The notes: generated by a model from the letters alone, not told the origin. A stretch of 64,000 bases of DNA from an uncultured delta proteobacterium (GCA_963778655.1 CAVZVA010000011.1:512001-576000), one strand, 5' to 3'; shown: positions 51,057 through 61,202, counted from the first letter of the stretch. Translations and numbers: made by a program.

Positions 51057-53104
51057 CAGTCGACCGCGCGCACGTCGGCCACGCCCGGCGGCAAGTCGGC
51101 CACGATCAACTCGCCGCCAGCCTGCGCGCGCAGGCGCAGCCAGCGGCCATCGGGCAGCAGCACGTCGAGCAACGGCCGCCACGGCGAGCCGCCGGCCTGC
51201 GCGTCGCGCGGGGCGCCCTGGCTCTGTACGCGCGCCTCGAGCACGCGGTCGCCGCGCTCGAACAGCGGCGCGGCCACGCCGGCGCGGGCAGCCGCCTGAA
51301 GCTCCGCCTGGCGCACGCGGGGATCGCGCTCCACGCGCGCGCGGGCGGCCAGGCTCGCAGCCGTGTCCACCCCGCCGAGCGCGCCCAGCGCCCGCGCCGC
51401 TGCAAGCCGCAGCCGCGCAGAGCCGTCCTCGAGCGCGGCCAACAGCGCCGGGCGCGCGGAGCGCTCGCCCAGCGCCGCCAGCGCCAGCGCAGCGCCCACC
51501 CGCACGCGCTGCGGCTGGTGCGAGCCCAGAGCGCGCCGCAGCCGCACCCGCAACGCGCGCGGCGCCTGTGCCGGATCGGCCGCGACCGCCGCCAGCTGCA
51601 TCGCCTCGGGCGCGGTCTCCGGATCGGAAAGCAGGCGCAGCAGCACGCGCGGCTCGACCGCCAGCCCGAGCCCGGCCGCCGCCTCGGCCATGCGCCGCGC
51701 GGCCTCCGCGTCGCGCTCGTCCCGCAGCGCGCGCAGCAGCGCCGGCCCCAGGCGCGGGTCCTGCAGCCACGCGCTGGCCTGCGCCGCGCTCGCCCGCCGC
51801 GCCGGATCGGCAGCGCCGAGCGCCGCGATCAGCGGCTCGCGCACCGAGTCGTCGCGCGCGAGCGCGCGCAGCAGCAGCGAGCGCTCAGCGCTGGGCAGCG
51901 AGCGCAGCAGCTCGAGCGCGCCGCGGCGCGTGGCCGGCGACAGCTGTCCGCGGTCGCGACGCAGCGCGATCGCGAGCGCGCGGGCGCCACGCTGGGCCGC
52001 GTCGGGCGTGCGCCGGCAGCGCGCCAGCAGCGCCGGCACGCCCCGCCCACCGGGTACGCGCGCGAGCGCGCTGGCCGTGCCCTCGCGCAGCTCCGCCGCG
52101 AACGACGCCGACAGCAGCGGCACCCAGCTCGGATCGGGGCGCTCGCCCTCGAGCAGCGCGACGGCCGCCTGACGCAGCGCGGCGTCGCCGCCGGCAAGCG
52201 CGCGCGAAAGCCACGGCACGGCGCGCGCGGGATCAGCGGCCGCCAGCGCGCGCAGCGCGGCCGGCCGCTGCGCCGCGGGTGCGCGCGCCAGATACGCGCG
52301 CAGCGCATCGGCCTGCGCCCGCGTCGCCACCTGACCGAGCGCATCGAGCGCGGCGGCCACGACCTCGGGCGAGCCATCGCCGAGCCGCGCCAGCAGCGCG
52401 CCGGCACTGGCCGTCTCGCCGAGCGCGCCGAGCGCGCGCGCCGCCTCCGCGCGCAAGGGCGGCGCATCGCGTTGCAACGCGGCGCGCAGCGCGGGCCCCG
52501 CCGCGGTCGCCGCGGCCGGCCCCAGCTGGGCGAGCACGTGCGCGGCGCGCAACGCGACCGGGCTCTGCAACGCCCGCGAGAGCGGGGCTGCAGCCTTGAC
52601 GCCGGCCACCAGCAGCCCGCGCTCGGCGGTGGCCGCGGCCCGGGGACGCGCCAGCGCCTGCGCCAGCGCGGCGATCGCCGGCCGCGTCGCGATCGCGCCG
52701 AGCGCCGTGGTCAGCGCCAGCGAGGGCTGCGCATCGTGCTCGAGCAAGCTCGCGAGCGGGGCCTCGGCCTGGGCTGGCGCGCGCAGCGCGAGCGCGCGCA
52801 GAATCGCCTCGCGCAGCGGCGGCGGCGGGTTCTCATTCAGTGCGGCGAGCAGCGCCGGCACCGCATCGCTCGAAGCCCCGTAGTCGCCCAGCGCACGCGC
52901 CTGCGCCACGCGCTCGGCCAGCGGGCGGCTGCGATCGCCGAGCTCGCCGGGCGTGACACGCAGCTGGCTGAAAGCCTCGACCCAGCCCTGCGCGCGCAGC
53001 TTCGCGCACGGGCCCGCGGCCAGCAGCACGGCCGCCAGCGCGGCGGCGCGGGCGAGGGCGAGCAAGCGGCGAGACGCGCACGGCATGCGCAAAGAGTAGT
53101 CCAT
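51056..53104 (-). CDS. HEAT-repeat protein with N-terminal signal-like segment
   Basis: Repeated RAEAARALGALG / LRLAAARALGALG units. Confidence 0.8.
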   Translation of the reverse strand: MDYSLRMPCASRRLLALARAAALAAVLLAAGPCAKLRAQGWVEAFSQLRVTPGELGDRSRPLAERVAQARALGDYGASSDAVPALLAALNENPPPPLREAILRALALRAPAQAEAPLASLLEHDAQPSLALTTALGAIATRPAIAALAQALARPRAAATAERGLLVAGVKAAAPLSRALQSPVALRAAHVLAQLGPAAATAAGPALRAALQRDAPPLRAEAARALGALGETASAGALLARLGDGSPEVVAAALDALGQVATRAQADALRAYLARAPAAQRPAALRALAAADPARAVPWLSRALAGGDAALRQAAVALLEGERPDPSWVPLLSASFAAELREGTASALARVPGGRGVPALLARCRRTPDAAQRGARALAIALRRDRGQLSPATRRGALELLRSLPSAERSLLLRALARDDSVREPLIAALGAADPARRASAAQASAWLQDPRLGPALLRALRDERDAEAARRMAEAAAGLGLAVEPRVLLRLLSDPETAPEAMQLAAVAADPAQAPRALRVRLRRALGSHQPQRVRVGAALALAALGERSARPALLAALEDGSARLRLAAARALGALGGVDTAASLAARARVERDPRVRQAELQAAARAGVAAPLFERGDRVLEARVQSQGAPRDAQAGGSPWRPLLDVLLPDGRWLRLRAQAGGELIVADLPPGVADVRAVD

Positions 53105-53204
53105 CCGGCTGTGATCAGGAGGGCGCGACCGTCACGGCCCTGGCCCTGGCCGCGCGCCGCCTGTTTGACCACAGGGCCCGCCGCGCGATAATCCGCGTTC
53201 ACCC

Positions 53205-54155
53205 ATGGGCGCAGCAGCGCACGAAGCCGGGCCGAGCCCGGTCGCGCCGGCGGTGATCGCGCCCGGCAACCACGACGGCGTTCACCTCGGACACCAAGCG
53301 CTGGTGCGCAGCGCGCGCGCACACGCCCACCAGCACGGCATGCGCGCGCTGGCGCTGACCTTCGACCCGCACCCCTCGGTGGTGCTCGCCCCCGAGCGTG
53401 CGCCGACGCCGCTGACCACCATCGCGCGCCGCCGCGAGCTGCTGCTTGCGGCCGGTGCCGACGAGGTCGTGGTCGAGCCGTTCACACGCGAGCTCGCCCG
53501 GCTCGAGCCCGAGCAGTACCTGCAGGCGCTGTGCGCGCGCGGCGCGCGCGCGCTGGTGGTGGGACCGGACTTTCGCTTCGGCCACAAACGCGCCGGCGAC
53601 GTCGCACTGCTGCGAGCGTTCGGCGCGCGCCACGGGCTCGCCGTGGTGGTCGAGCCCCCGGTGCTGGTCGACGGCGAGCGCGTGTCCTCGAGCGGCGTGC
53701 GCGAGGCGATCTCGCAAGGCAAGCTCGCCCACGCCTGCCGGCTGCTGGGCCACGTGCACGAGCTCGAAGGCGCGGTGATCGGCGGCTACCAGCGGGGGCG
53801 CGTGCTGGGCTTCCCCACCGCCAACCTCGCCACCGACCCGGTGCTGCACCCGGCCGACGGCGTATACGCGGTGGTGGTGCGTGCGCTCGACCGCGAGCCG
53901 AGCACGCCCTTGCCGGGCATCGCCAATCTCGGGGTGCGCCCCACGGTCGGCGCGGGCCGCTCGGTGGAGGTCCACATCTTCGATTTCGAAGGGGATTTGT
54001 ATGGCGCGCGGCTACGCGTCGGGTTCGTGAAGCGAATCCGTGCAGAACACAAATTTCCCGATTTGGACGCGCTGCGAGCCCAGATCGCGCTAGATTGCGA
54101 CACCTCTCGCGTTACATTGGAAGGCGCGGACGCGCACACATGGGCCTGGACCTGA
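53205..54155 (+). CDS. ribF: Bifunctional riboflavin kinase/FAD synthetase
   Basis: GNHDGVHLGH, TFDPHP, VGPDFRFG, GFPTAN, GVRPTV, VEVHIFDF. Confidence 0.95.
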   Translation: MGAAAHEAGPSPVAPAVIAPGNHDGVHLGHQALVRSARAHAHQHGMRALALTFDPHPSVVLAPERAPTPLTTIARRRELLLAAGADEVVVEPFTRELARLEPEQYLQALCARGARALVVGPDFRFGHKRAGDVALLRAFGARHGLAVVVEPPVLVDGERVSSSGVREAISQGKLAHACRLLGHVHELEGAVIGGYQRGRVLGFPTANLATDPVLHPADGVYAVVVRALDREPSTPLPGIANLGVRPTVGAGRSVEVHIFDFEGDLYGARLRVGFVKRIRAEHKFPDLDALRAQIALDCDTSRVTLEGADAHTWAWT

Positions 54156-55318
54156 GCCGAATCGATGCCTGGACGCGCGAGATGCTCGAGGGCGAGGCTC
54201 GCCGGCGCGGCATCCGCTCGCCCGAGTTCCGCACCCGCGGCGATTTGATCCGACTGATCTTGCGCCACCAGTACGGAGACCGCTTCAACGCCGGGCGCGA
54301 CCGCATCGCCAAGGGCCGGCGCAACCTGGCGCAGGCGCGCGAGCTGTTGGGCGCCGCGGTGGGCGCCGCGCTGGCGTCGCTGCCGGAGCCGTTCGAGTCG
54401 CTGATGCGGCTGCGCCGGCGACCATTGCCCAGGCAACCGCGGCCGGAGGTGCCGTCGCCGCCGCGCGTGCCGACCGAGCGCGCCACGGCTCCGGCGGAGC
54501 CGCGGCAGGGCGCAGACGAGCCGGCCGTTCGCGGCGTCGCGCCCGGAGCTGCGCCGCAACCCGCGCCGCAACCCGCAATCGACGGGCCGCGCGAGCAGGC
54601 GGTCGCGGCCGAAACGGTCACGACCCAGCCACCGGCGCCGCAACCGGCCGAGACGCTCACGACCCAGCCGCCCGCAGGCGCAGCGGCGCGCCGCAGCGGG
54701 CCGACCACCCGGACCTTCGTCGAGGAGCCGATCCGCACCCGCTCGATGGCGCGGCTGCTCGCGGCGCAGGGCCATCGCGAGCGGGCGCTTGCGATCTACG
54801 AGGAGCTGCTGGGACAGAACAGCGAGGATCCGGGGCTACGGGATGAGGCTGCGGCCATGCGTCGCGGCGAGCCGGTCGAGGATCCGCGGCTCTCAGGGCC
54901 CCCGCCCGACGCCATCGCGCGGGCGTCGCTGCCCGTTGGAGGCGACCAGCTGTACTGCGAGGGCGAGCCCGGCGCCGGGCTCTTGCTGCGCTGGCGGATC
55001 ACCGAAGAGGGAGAAGGCCGCGCGCGCGCGGTCTTGGGCCGCCAGGGCGAGCTGGCCGTGCGCGTGATCTGCATCCGCCCCGACCCCGAGCAGGTGGTGC
55101 GCTCCGAGGTCACCGAGCACGGGCCGGTGGAGGCCAGCGGTCAGTGGCAGGCGCCCGCGCTGCCGAGTGCCGTGCGCTGCCTGGCGGCCGTGGGCCTGCG
55201 CGATGGCGCGCGCTTCGTGGCCATCGTGCACGACCACCCCGGCGGCAAGCGGACCGAGACGCCGGCGTCCAGCCCGCCACCAGCGTCGGCGGCATTCGGC
55301 GAAGACCGCCCCAACTGA
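54140..55318 (+). CDS. Hypothetical protein with Rho-N-like N-terminus, Pro-rich linker and possible DUF4912-like C-domain
   Basis: TREMLEGEARRRGIRSPEFRTRGDLIRLI; TRSMARLLAAQG; LLLRWRI. Confidence 0.6.
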   Translation: MGLDLSRIDAWTREMLEGEARRRGIRSPEFRTRGDLIRLILRHQYGDRFNAGRDRIAKGRRNLAQARELLGAAVGAALASLPEPFESLMRLRRRPLPRQPRPEVPSPPRVPTERATAPAEPRQGADEPAVRGVAPGAAPQPAPQPAIDGPREQAVAAETVTTQPPAPQPAETLTTQPPAGAAARRSGPTTRTFVEEPIRTRSMARLLAAQGHRERALAIYEELLGQNSEDPGLRDEAAAMRRGEPVEDPRLSGPPPDAIARASLPVGGDQLYCEGEPGAGLLLRWRITEEGEGRARAVLGRQGELAVRVICIRPDPEQVVRSEVTEHGPVEASGQWQAPALPSAVRCLAAVGLRDGARFVAIVHDHPGGKRTETPASSPPPASAAFGEDRPN

Positions 55319-55564
55319 AGCGCGCGGGCCGGCGGCGCGGGACGGAGCCGAGGGCCGCGCGGGGAGACGGCCGCGGGGCCGCGCCAGTGGGGAGAGCTGC
55401 GGGTGGGGGCCTGCGATTGCGAGCACGGGCACCATCACGACCTACGAGCGCGGGGTACGGGTACGGCGACGACTGCGGGCCGGTGAGCAGGAAAGTGGGG
55501 CGGGTGACGCAATCGGGGGGGCGGGCGGACGATGACCTGCTCGGAGAGACTCCGAGGAGGCGCT

Positions 55565-56353
55565 GTGAAGAACCTGGTGGCAACGTCCTTGATCTGCGTG
55601 GCCCTGGTCGGCCGCGCTCAGGCGCAGGCGGCGCCGCGCTCCGAGGGCGAGAAGGTGGACGCCGAGCATGGCGCGGCGCCGGAGCGAGACGCGGGCAGCG
55701 CTCAGCCGGCAGGCGCGCCCAGCCAAGCCGATATCGACGCAGCGCTCGCGCGCCATGCGCACGAGCCGAGCGCGCAGCAAGTGGTGCAGGCAGCCCTGCG
55801 CGCCACGCCGGCCGGCCGTGCCCGCGCCCTGGCGTCGCGCGCGCGGACGGCGGCCTGGGTGCCGCGGCTCAGCCTGCGGGTGCGGCGCGGGCAGACGGTC
55901 GACCTGACCTCGCCGCAGGCCATCGACCCCACCACCCTGCGCCTGCGCACCAACGACGCGGTCACGCTCGAAGCTGCCCTGAGCTTCGATCTCGAACGGG
56001 TGATCTTCCGGCGAGAGGAGATCTCGCTGCTGAGCCAGGAGCGGGCCGAGCGGCAGGCGCGGCAACGGGTGGCGCGGCAGGTCATCGCGCTGTACTTCGA
56101 GCGGCGCCGGCTGCAGCTCGAGCGGGACCTGGGTACGCCGGCCGATCCGGCGCGCAGCGTGCGCATCGCGGAAATCGACGCGCTGCTGGATGCCTTTACG
56201 AACGGCGCGTTCCGACGCATGATCGCCCGACATCGATGGACAACCGGCGCAAGCACACCCGCTTCGACGTCGCGCTCAACGCCGAAATCGAGCTCCGCGG
56301 CGAGACCTGCACCGGCGAGACCCGAGACCTCTCTCAAGGAGGGGTGGCGGTGA
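55565..56353 (+). CDS. Hypothetical secreted protein
   Basis: GAGGAGG RBS; GTG start; signal peptide AQAQA; helical C-half; overlaps the PilZ gene by ~120 bp. Confidence 0.6.
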   Translation: MKNLVATSLICVALVGRAQAQAAPRSEGEKVDAEHGAAPERDAGSAQPAGAPSQADIDAALARHAHEPSAQQVVQAALRATPAGRARALASRARTAAWVPRLSLRVRRGQTVDLTSPQAIDPTTLRLRTNDAVTLEAALSFDLERVIFRREEISLLSQERAERQARQRVARQVIALYFERRRLQLERDLGTPADPARSVRIAEIDALLDAFTNGAFRRMIARHRWTTGASTPASTSRSTPKSSSAARPAPARPETSLKEGWR

Positions 56354-56574
56354 TTCTGGACGAGGCGCTCGACGAAGGCGGGACGGTGCAGCTGGCTCTG
56401 ATCTTGACCCAGGACGGCATCGAGGATCCGAGCGAAGAGCCGTTCGAGGTTCAGGCCACGGTGATCTGGGCGGCGCCGACCGAAGACGGACGCGCGATGA
56501 TGGGGCTGCGCTTCGGCGCGCTCTTGCCCGAGCAGCAGAGCAAGCTGCAGCGCTTTCTCACCGCGCTGGGTTGA
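56236..56574 (+). CDS. Single-domain PilZ protein
   Basis: RKHTR (RxxxR) and DLSQGG (DxSxxG) c-di-GMP motifs; MGLRF. Confidence 0.88.
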   Translation: MDNRRKHTRFDVALNAEIELRGETCTGETRDLSQGGVAVILDEALDEGGTVQLALILTQDGIEDPSEEPFEVQATVIWAAPTEDGRAMMGLRFGALLPEQQSKLQRFLTALG

Positions 56575-58447
56575 GCGGCTGCCGGCGCACGCCGGGGGCG
56601 CGCGCGAGCTGCCCGCCCGCACGCACGGCGGTCACCAGCGCGAACACCAGCAGGCTCGCGCCGAGCGCGCGGCCCAGCGCCAGCTCGAGCACGGCGTCGG
56701 GCTCGAGCCAGAGCCACAGCCAGGTGAGCGCGATGCTGGCGGCGCAGGCGAGCGCGACCGCGCGCCGGGACAGCCGCTCGCCCCAGCCCAGGCGTCGGCC
56801 GAGCGCGAGCAGCCACGCGAACAGCCACGCCTTGAGCACGAAGCACACCGCGCCGAGCAGGCGCGGGTCCACGCCCGGCAGCTCGAGCGGGCTCTGCCAG
56901 CCGCCCGCGAACACCGCGGCGCCGAACGCGCTCAGCACCACGTGGGTCAGCACGCGCTCGGCCACTCGCAGCCGCGTCGTGATCCGCGTGGCCCATGGCT
57001 GGCGGCGCGCGCGCCGGCCCGATGCGTTCGCGCGCCGCGCTGCGGGCACGACGGCGCGCGGCTGCGACGCGGGCAGCGAGCCGCCGTCTCGTGCCGCTTC
57101 CACGGCGCCCGGGTCCGGCGGGTGGGCCTCGAGCGCGAGCGCGGTCGCGGACAGGCGGCCCGCGTAAACCAGGTAGAGCGGAAACGCCACCAACAAGGCG
57201 GGCTTTTGCAGCACGGCCCAGGCGTAGGGCCAGGCACCCTGCCCTTCCACCATGCCATCGAAAGAGCGCGTGCCGTACAGCGCGCAGGCGCACGCAACCA
57301 GCACGCCCAGCACCAGCACGTTGCCGGCGATGCCGAGCGCGGCGCGCGCGCGCTGCGCGCGACCGCCGCGGCCACTGGTGAGCGCGAGCGCGATGCTGAG
57401 CGCGGCAAAGCCGAGGTAGAGCGAGAGCGAGCGCACCGCGAGCAGCCCTGCCGGCTCGCGCCAGATCAGCACCACGCCGCCCGCGCTGAAGGCGCACGGC
57501 CACAGCAGCGCGCGCGCGCGAGCCAGCAGCGACGCACGCCGCAGCCGCGGCGCGCCCCACAGGCCGAGCGCGGGCGGCGGCCCGTGCCGCAGGGTCAGCA
57601 CTGCCCGCGCGAGCCAGGGCGCCGGCGAAGGCACGGGCGAGAGCAGCAGCACGCAGCACAGCAGCCAGGCGACCAGCGCGCTCAGTCGCGACAAGTCGAC
57701 GCCGACCTCGGGTGCGAACAGACCTTGCAGCGGAAGCGACAACGCGAGCGGCTCGGGCCGGCCCGGACGGCGTATCCGCAGCGATAGGTGGCGCGCCCCG
57801 GGGGCCGGCGCGAGGTCGGCGAGCGAGCGCACGCTGGCACCGCCCGCGCGCTCGATCACGTCGCCGGCACGCAGGCCGAGCGAGGCGGCGCGGCTGTGCG
57901 CGCTCGCCGCGCCCACCACCAGCCCCCAGCCGGTCGGTTCCTCGTCGGCTACGGCGATGCCGGTGAGCTCGAGCAGGCGCCGCGCGTGCTCGCGTAGCTG
58001 TTGCTCGGCCGCAGCCGAGGGCCAGGGCTCGATCGCCGGCACCAGCTCCAGGCGCAGGTGGCGCGCGCCGGTGACGTAGCCTTGGCCCCGCCGCACCGGA
58101 AACGCCAACACCAGCTCGCCCTCGAAGCTGCCGCGCTCGCCCAGCGCGCCGAACGCCTGCTCGTCGAACGTCGCGGCCGCCAGCTCGCCGGAGAGCGCCC
58201 GGCCGCGCAGCGTCGCGGCGACTGCGCGCGGGTTGCGCCCCGGGCCGTAGCTCGTGCCGCGCAGACGCAGCTCGCACGGCGCGCCCGGCGGAAAGCCGCT
58301 GCCGCTCACGCGCAGCGCCGCCCCCGACGCGAGCGTGGCCGGTTCCACCGCGTGCAGCTCGAGCCACGCCGCTTCCGGCTGCGCGCCGCAGCCGGCAAGC
58401 GCCGTACAGAGCGAGCAGGCGAAAGCCCACGCTGCCAGCCGTCGCAT
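56558..58447 (-). CDS. Lipoprotein/PDZ domain fused to a degenerate NuoH-like membrane domain
   Basis: Lipobox LAGC; SRAASLGLRAGDVIERAGG (PDZ); YGTRSFDGMVEGQG, FGAAVFAGGWQSP, CFVLKAW (NuoH C-half). Confidence 0.65.
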   Translation of the reverse strand: MRRLAAWAFACSLCTALAGCGAQPEAAWLELHAVEPATLASGAALRVSGSGFPPGAPCELRLRGTSYGPGRNPRAVAATLRGRALSGELAAATFDEQAFGALGERGSFEGELVLAFPVRRGQGYVTGARHLRLELVPAIEPWPSAAAEQQLREHARRLLELTGIAVADEEPTGWGLVVGAASAHSRAASLGLRAGDVIERAGGASVRSLADLAPAPGARHLSLRIRRPGRPEPLALSLPLQGLFAPEVGVDLSRLSALVAWLLCCVLLLSPVPSPAPWLARAVLTLRHGPPPALGLWGAPRLRRASLLARARALLWPCAFSAGGVVLIWREPAGLLAVRSLSLYLGFAALSIALALTSGRGGRAQRARAALGIAGNVLVLGVLVACACALYGTRSFDGMVEGQGAWPYAWAVLQKPALLVAFPLYLVYAGRLSATALALEAHPPDPGAVEAARDGGSLPASQPRAVVPAARRANASGRRARRQPWATRITTRLRVAERVLTHVVLSAFGAAVFAGGWQSPLELPGVDPRLLGAVCFVLKAWLFAWLLALGRRLGWGERLSRRAVALACAASIALTWLWLWLEPDAVLELALGRALGASLLVFALVTAVRAGGQLARAPGVRRQPLNPAR

Positions 58448-58508
58448 CCGGCAAAGAGTGCGGTTGGCCGCCGCCAGCGTCCAGAATTGGGCGCCCCAGG
58501 CCTTTCCG

Positions 58509-58537
58509 TTGCCACTCCCTGCAAAGCGTTGTATGAC
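58509..58537 (+). promoter_or_regulatory. Sigma70-type promoter of tRNA-Ala
   Basis: TTGCCA-N17-TATGAC ending 12 nt before the tRNA. Confidence 0.5.
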
Positions 58538-58549
58538 CCCGAGCCCTCC

Positions 58550-58622
58550 GGGGCCGTAGCTCAGCTGGGAGAGCGCTACACTGGCAGTGTAGAGGTCAGG
58601 GGTTCGATCCCCCTCGGCTCCA
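58550..58622 (+). tRNA. tRNA-Ala (GGC), CCA not encoded
   Basis: GGGGCCG/CGGCTCC acceptor stem with G3:U70; D-arm GCTC/GAGC; anticodon arm CTACA-CTGGCAG-TGTAG; T-loop TTCGATC. Confidence 0.97.
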
Positions 58623-58762
58623 CGAAGGATTTCATAGGGTTAGGCGTGGGTCGGGCGTGCAGGGCCGGGAGCGTGGGACCCAATATGGGACCCTGAATCC
58701 CCGCAAGGCGCGCGGTTGACCAGAGCCGACCACTGCGCCCTGCGGCAGCAACGAGGCGGGCC

Positions 58763-59353
58763 TCACGGAGTGGAGGTCGGTTCCGGTGCCGGTGCTGGCG
58801 CGCGGTCGGGGTCCACGCAGCGCCCCTCATGGCAGATCCGATCGCCCTTGCACTGCGTGTCGTACTGGCAGCCAAGCGGCGCGGAGGTCGGCTGCGGCTC
58901 GGCGTTGGGCGTGGCCGCTTGGGGAGCGTGGCCCGCGGCAGGCGATGCGGTGGGCGGCGGGGTTGGCTTTGCTGCGGTCGAAGGCCCCGGCTTGTCGCCC
59001 CGGACCCGAGCAGCCTCTCGCTCGTCGGCTGCGTCCAACGCCTTTGCACACTCCGACGTCTTGCTGAAGCCGTAGGCGGATGAGGCAAGGAACATGGCGC
59101 CCCCAATGAGATCTGCAGCACCGACGATCTTGCCTGTTCTGCTCTTCCATGTAGATAGCGCGACTGCGCCTCCCACGAGACCACCGAGCCCCCACAGAAG
59201 GTCAAGCCCCGGTGCGATCTTGTTGCTCGTGCACCGGAAGTGCGGCACGTCCCGGTAGTTCGGCGGCAGCGTCCGCACCGTCGCCACCGAGCAACCCGTA
59301 CTCAGGCTCAAGGCCGCGCATACGACCACCACGACAGCGCGGCGCACTTGCAT
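58763..59353 (-). CDS. Hypothetical lipoprotein with Cys-rich C-terminal module
   Basis: Lipobox STGC; two hydrophobic segments; GCQYDTQCKGDRICHEGRCVDP. Confidence 0.7.
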   Translation of the reverse strand: MQVRRAVVVVVCAALSLSTGCSVATVRTLPPNYRDVPHFRCTSNKIAPGLDLLWGLGGLVGGAVALSTWKSRTGKIVGAADLIGGAMFLASSAYGFSKTSECAKALDAADEREAARVRGDKPGPSTAAKPTPPPTASPAAGHAPQAATPNAEPQPTSAPLGCQYDTQCKGDRICHEGRCVDPDRAPAPAPEPTSTP

Positions 59354-59587
59354 CGCTGCCCTATCGCCCAGGGACACTGCGCCCAAGAGAACGGTCCTCG
59401 CAGTGCGAAGTGCGCCTATGCGGACCCCCTTTCGCCACTTAGTCTATCGCACCTGCCCGCCAAGCGCGGTGAGCCGCATCGCTCGCGCGTTTCTGGAGGG
59501 GGGGAGGGGCCCAGCGCGTGACATCTGACCGCTCCGATTCCCACAGCGCACAACGAGACTTCGAGCCAACCGCGCGCCGTCTAGGAT

Positions 59588-60065
59588 CTAGGGGGTGGTG
59601 ACCGCATCGACCTCAAGGACCCAGACGCCGTCCGCGTGAACTTCCAGGTAATACGCACCGGCCCGAGGGTAGAACGTCTGGCCATCGCCATCGCCGTCTT
59701 GGCCGGCGATCATCTCCGAGCCCGATTCGTCTGCGGGATGCAAGCTGAACCACGAGGGACCGCCGTTGGACTGGGCAATGCTCCAACGCAGCTCCCATGG
59801 TCCACTCGCCACAAAGGGGCGCGTCGACCGGCTCCCTTGGCCCTCCACGTGCATGATGGACTGTTGCGATCCGGCGGCGACCGAGCCTTGCCGTTCGGCA
59901 GCGTCTTCGCGCGAGCAGGCTTGATTCATCTGTACAGCGTTCCTGAGCTGCTCTCGGATAAGGGCATTCTGCTTCTGAAGGGCGTCGAGGGCCTGCTTGA
60001 GATTGTCGATCCGCGCTTGCTTGATCTGAACCTCTTCCGCCGAGTAGTCTGCGCGATCGAAATAC
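59588..60065 (-). pseudogene. 5'-truncated gene (coiled coil plus beta-rich domain)
   Basis: Plausible C-terminus (GQGSRSTRPF...WELRW...YYLEVHADGVW) with no credible start; frame runs into the IS-type region. Confidence 0.5.
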
Positions 60066-60196
60066 GCGAGGGGAAACCGGGCCGTTCTGAGCACGGTTGG
60101 CGAGGGGCTGCATTTGCTTGCCCTCGCTGAGCGTGATCGAGATCCGCGGCTTGTCCGTGCAAGCTGGGAATCGACACGTTCTGGGAGGCAACCGCC

Positions 60197-60796
60197 ATGA
60201 CGATGAGCCTGCTGTCTGATCCTCGCCTGCACGAGCTGCTTGAACGAATTGATCGGGAACTGGCCCAAGAGGTCCAGAGCCAAGGCTGCCCTCAATGCGG
60301 TGGGCGGCTTCACGGTGCCGCGTACCCTCGGTTCGCTCGAGGAGTTCCAGCAAACATGCGAGGGGAGCCTCTGCGGCGGCTGAGTTTCTGCTGTGACCGG
60401 GAAGGCTGTCGTCGAAGGGCAACACCCGCGTCCGTGCGCTTCCTGGGCCGACGCACGTATCTGAGCGCCGTGGTCGTGCTGGTCAGCGCCATGCACCACG
60501 GGCTTACGGGGGACCGCTACGGCAAGCTCAGGGCGTTGCTGGGCGTGGGACGCCGGACGGTGCAACGCTGGCGCCGCTGGTGGCACGACACGTTCGCGAG
60601 GAGCTCATTCTGGCACATCGAGCGGGCCACCTTCATGCCACCTCCTCGCCACGAGGGGCTTCCTCGCGAGCTTCTGGAGAGCTTTCGCAGTGACGACGCG
60701 ATGACCCGGCTGGTAGCACTGCTGCGTTGCATTGCCCCCATCACCGTGCCGTCGGAGCACGATCTTCGAAGGCCCATCAGGTCCCGCAGAGGATGA
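60197..60796 (+). CDS. IS-associated Zn-finger/HTH protein (first ORF of multi-gene insertion elements)
   Basis: CPQCGGRLH...YPR, RLSFCC...CRRRATPASVRFLGRR, RRTVQRWRRWW; GGGAGG RBS. Confidence 0.7.
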   Translation: MTMSLLSDPRLHELLERIDRELAQEVQSQGCPQCGGRLHGAAYPRFARGVPANMRGEPLRRLSFCCDREGCRRRATPASVRFLGRRTYLSAVVVLVSAMHHGLTGDRYGKLRALLGVGRRTVQRWRRWWHDTFARSSFWHIERATFMPPPRHEGLPRELLESFRSDDAMTRLVALLRCIAPITVPSEHDLRRPIRSRRG

Positions 60797-61202
60797 CTCT
60801 GATCACGTTGTTGGAGGGCAACGCCTCAACCCACGCGCCGCACTGACGCCGTTTCCGAAGACTTTACCTACGGGCTGGACCGGCGGTGCGTCCGGCCCGG
60901 GGGGCGGGGTGCGCCCTCGCGAACGGCCTCCAGCAAGCAGCCAGATCTCGACTCCGAAGGTCTGCCGTGCTTTCGATTTCCGCAATTTCCGAAATCGGTC
61001 CCTCGATTATCGTGACCAGCTGGCCCTCGATTTTCGTGATTGCGCTCACGCGCTCGCGGCTTGCTCGACGGGCGGAACGAACGCTTCGGATGCCTCCGAT
61101 GGCGGACGATCCTCGGCGGCGAACGCGGGAGGCGACGACCTGGCTGCGTTCGTCGCGCTGGTGACGCTGACCAAGCTCGATCCTGTCCCGCACACTGGGC
61201 CA

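Noticed and set aside
54555..54675. Short tandem repeats (CCGCAACCCGC; AET(V/L)TTQPPA twice)
   Set aside because: Ordinary coding repeats in a Pro-rich linker
60800..61195. Short ORFs between the IS ORF and the HPF gene
   Set aside because: No recognisable motif in any frame; probably decayed sequence
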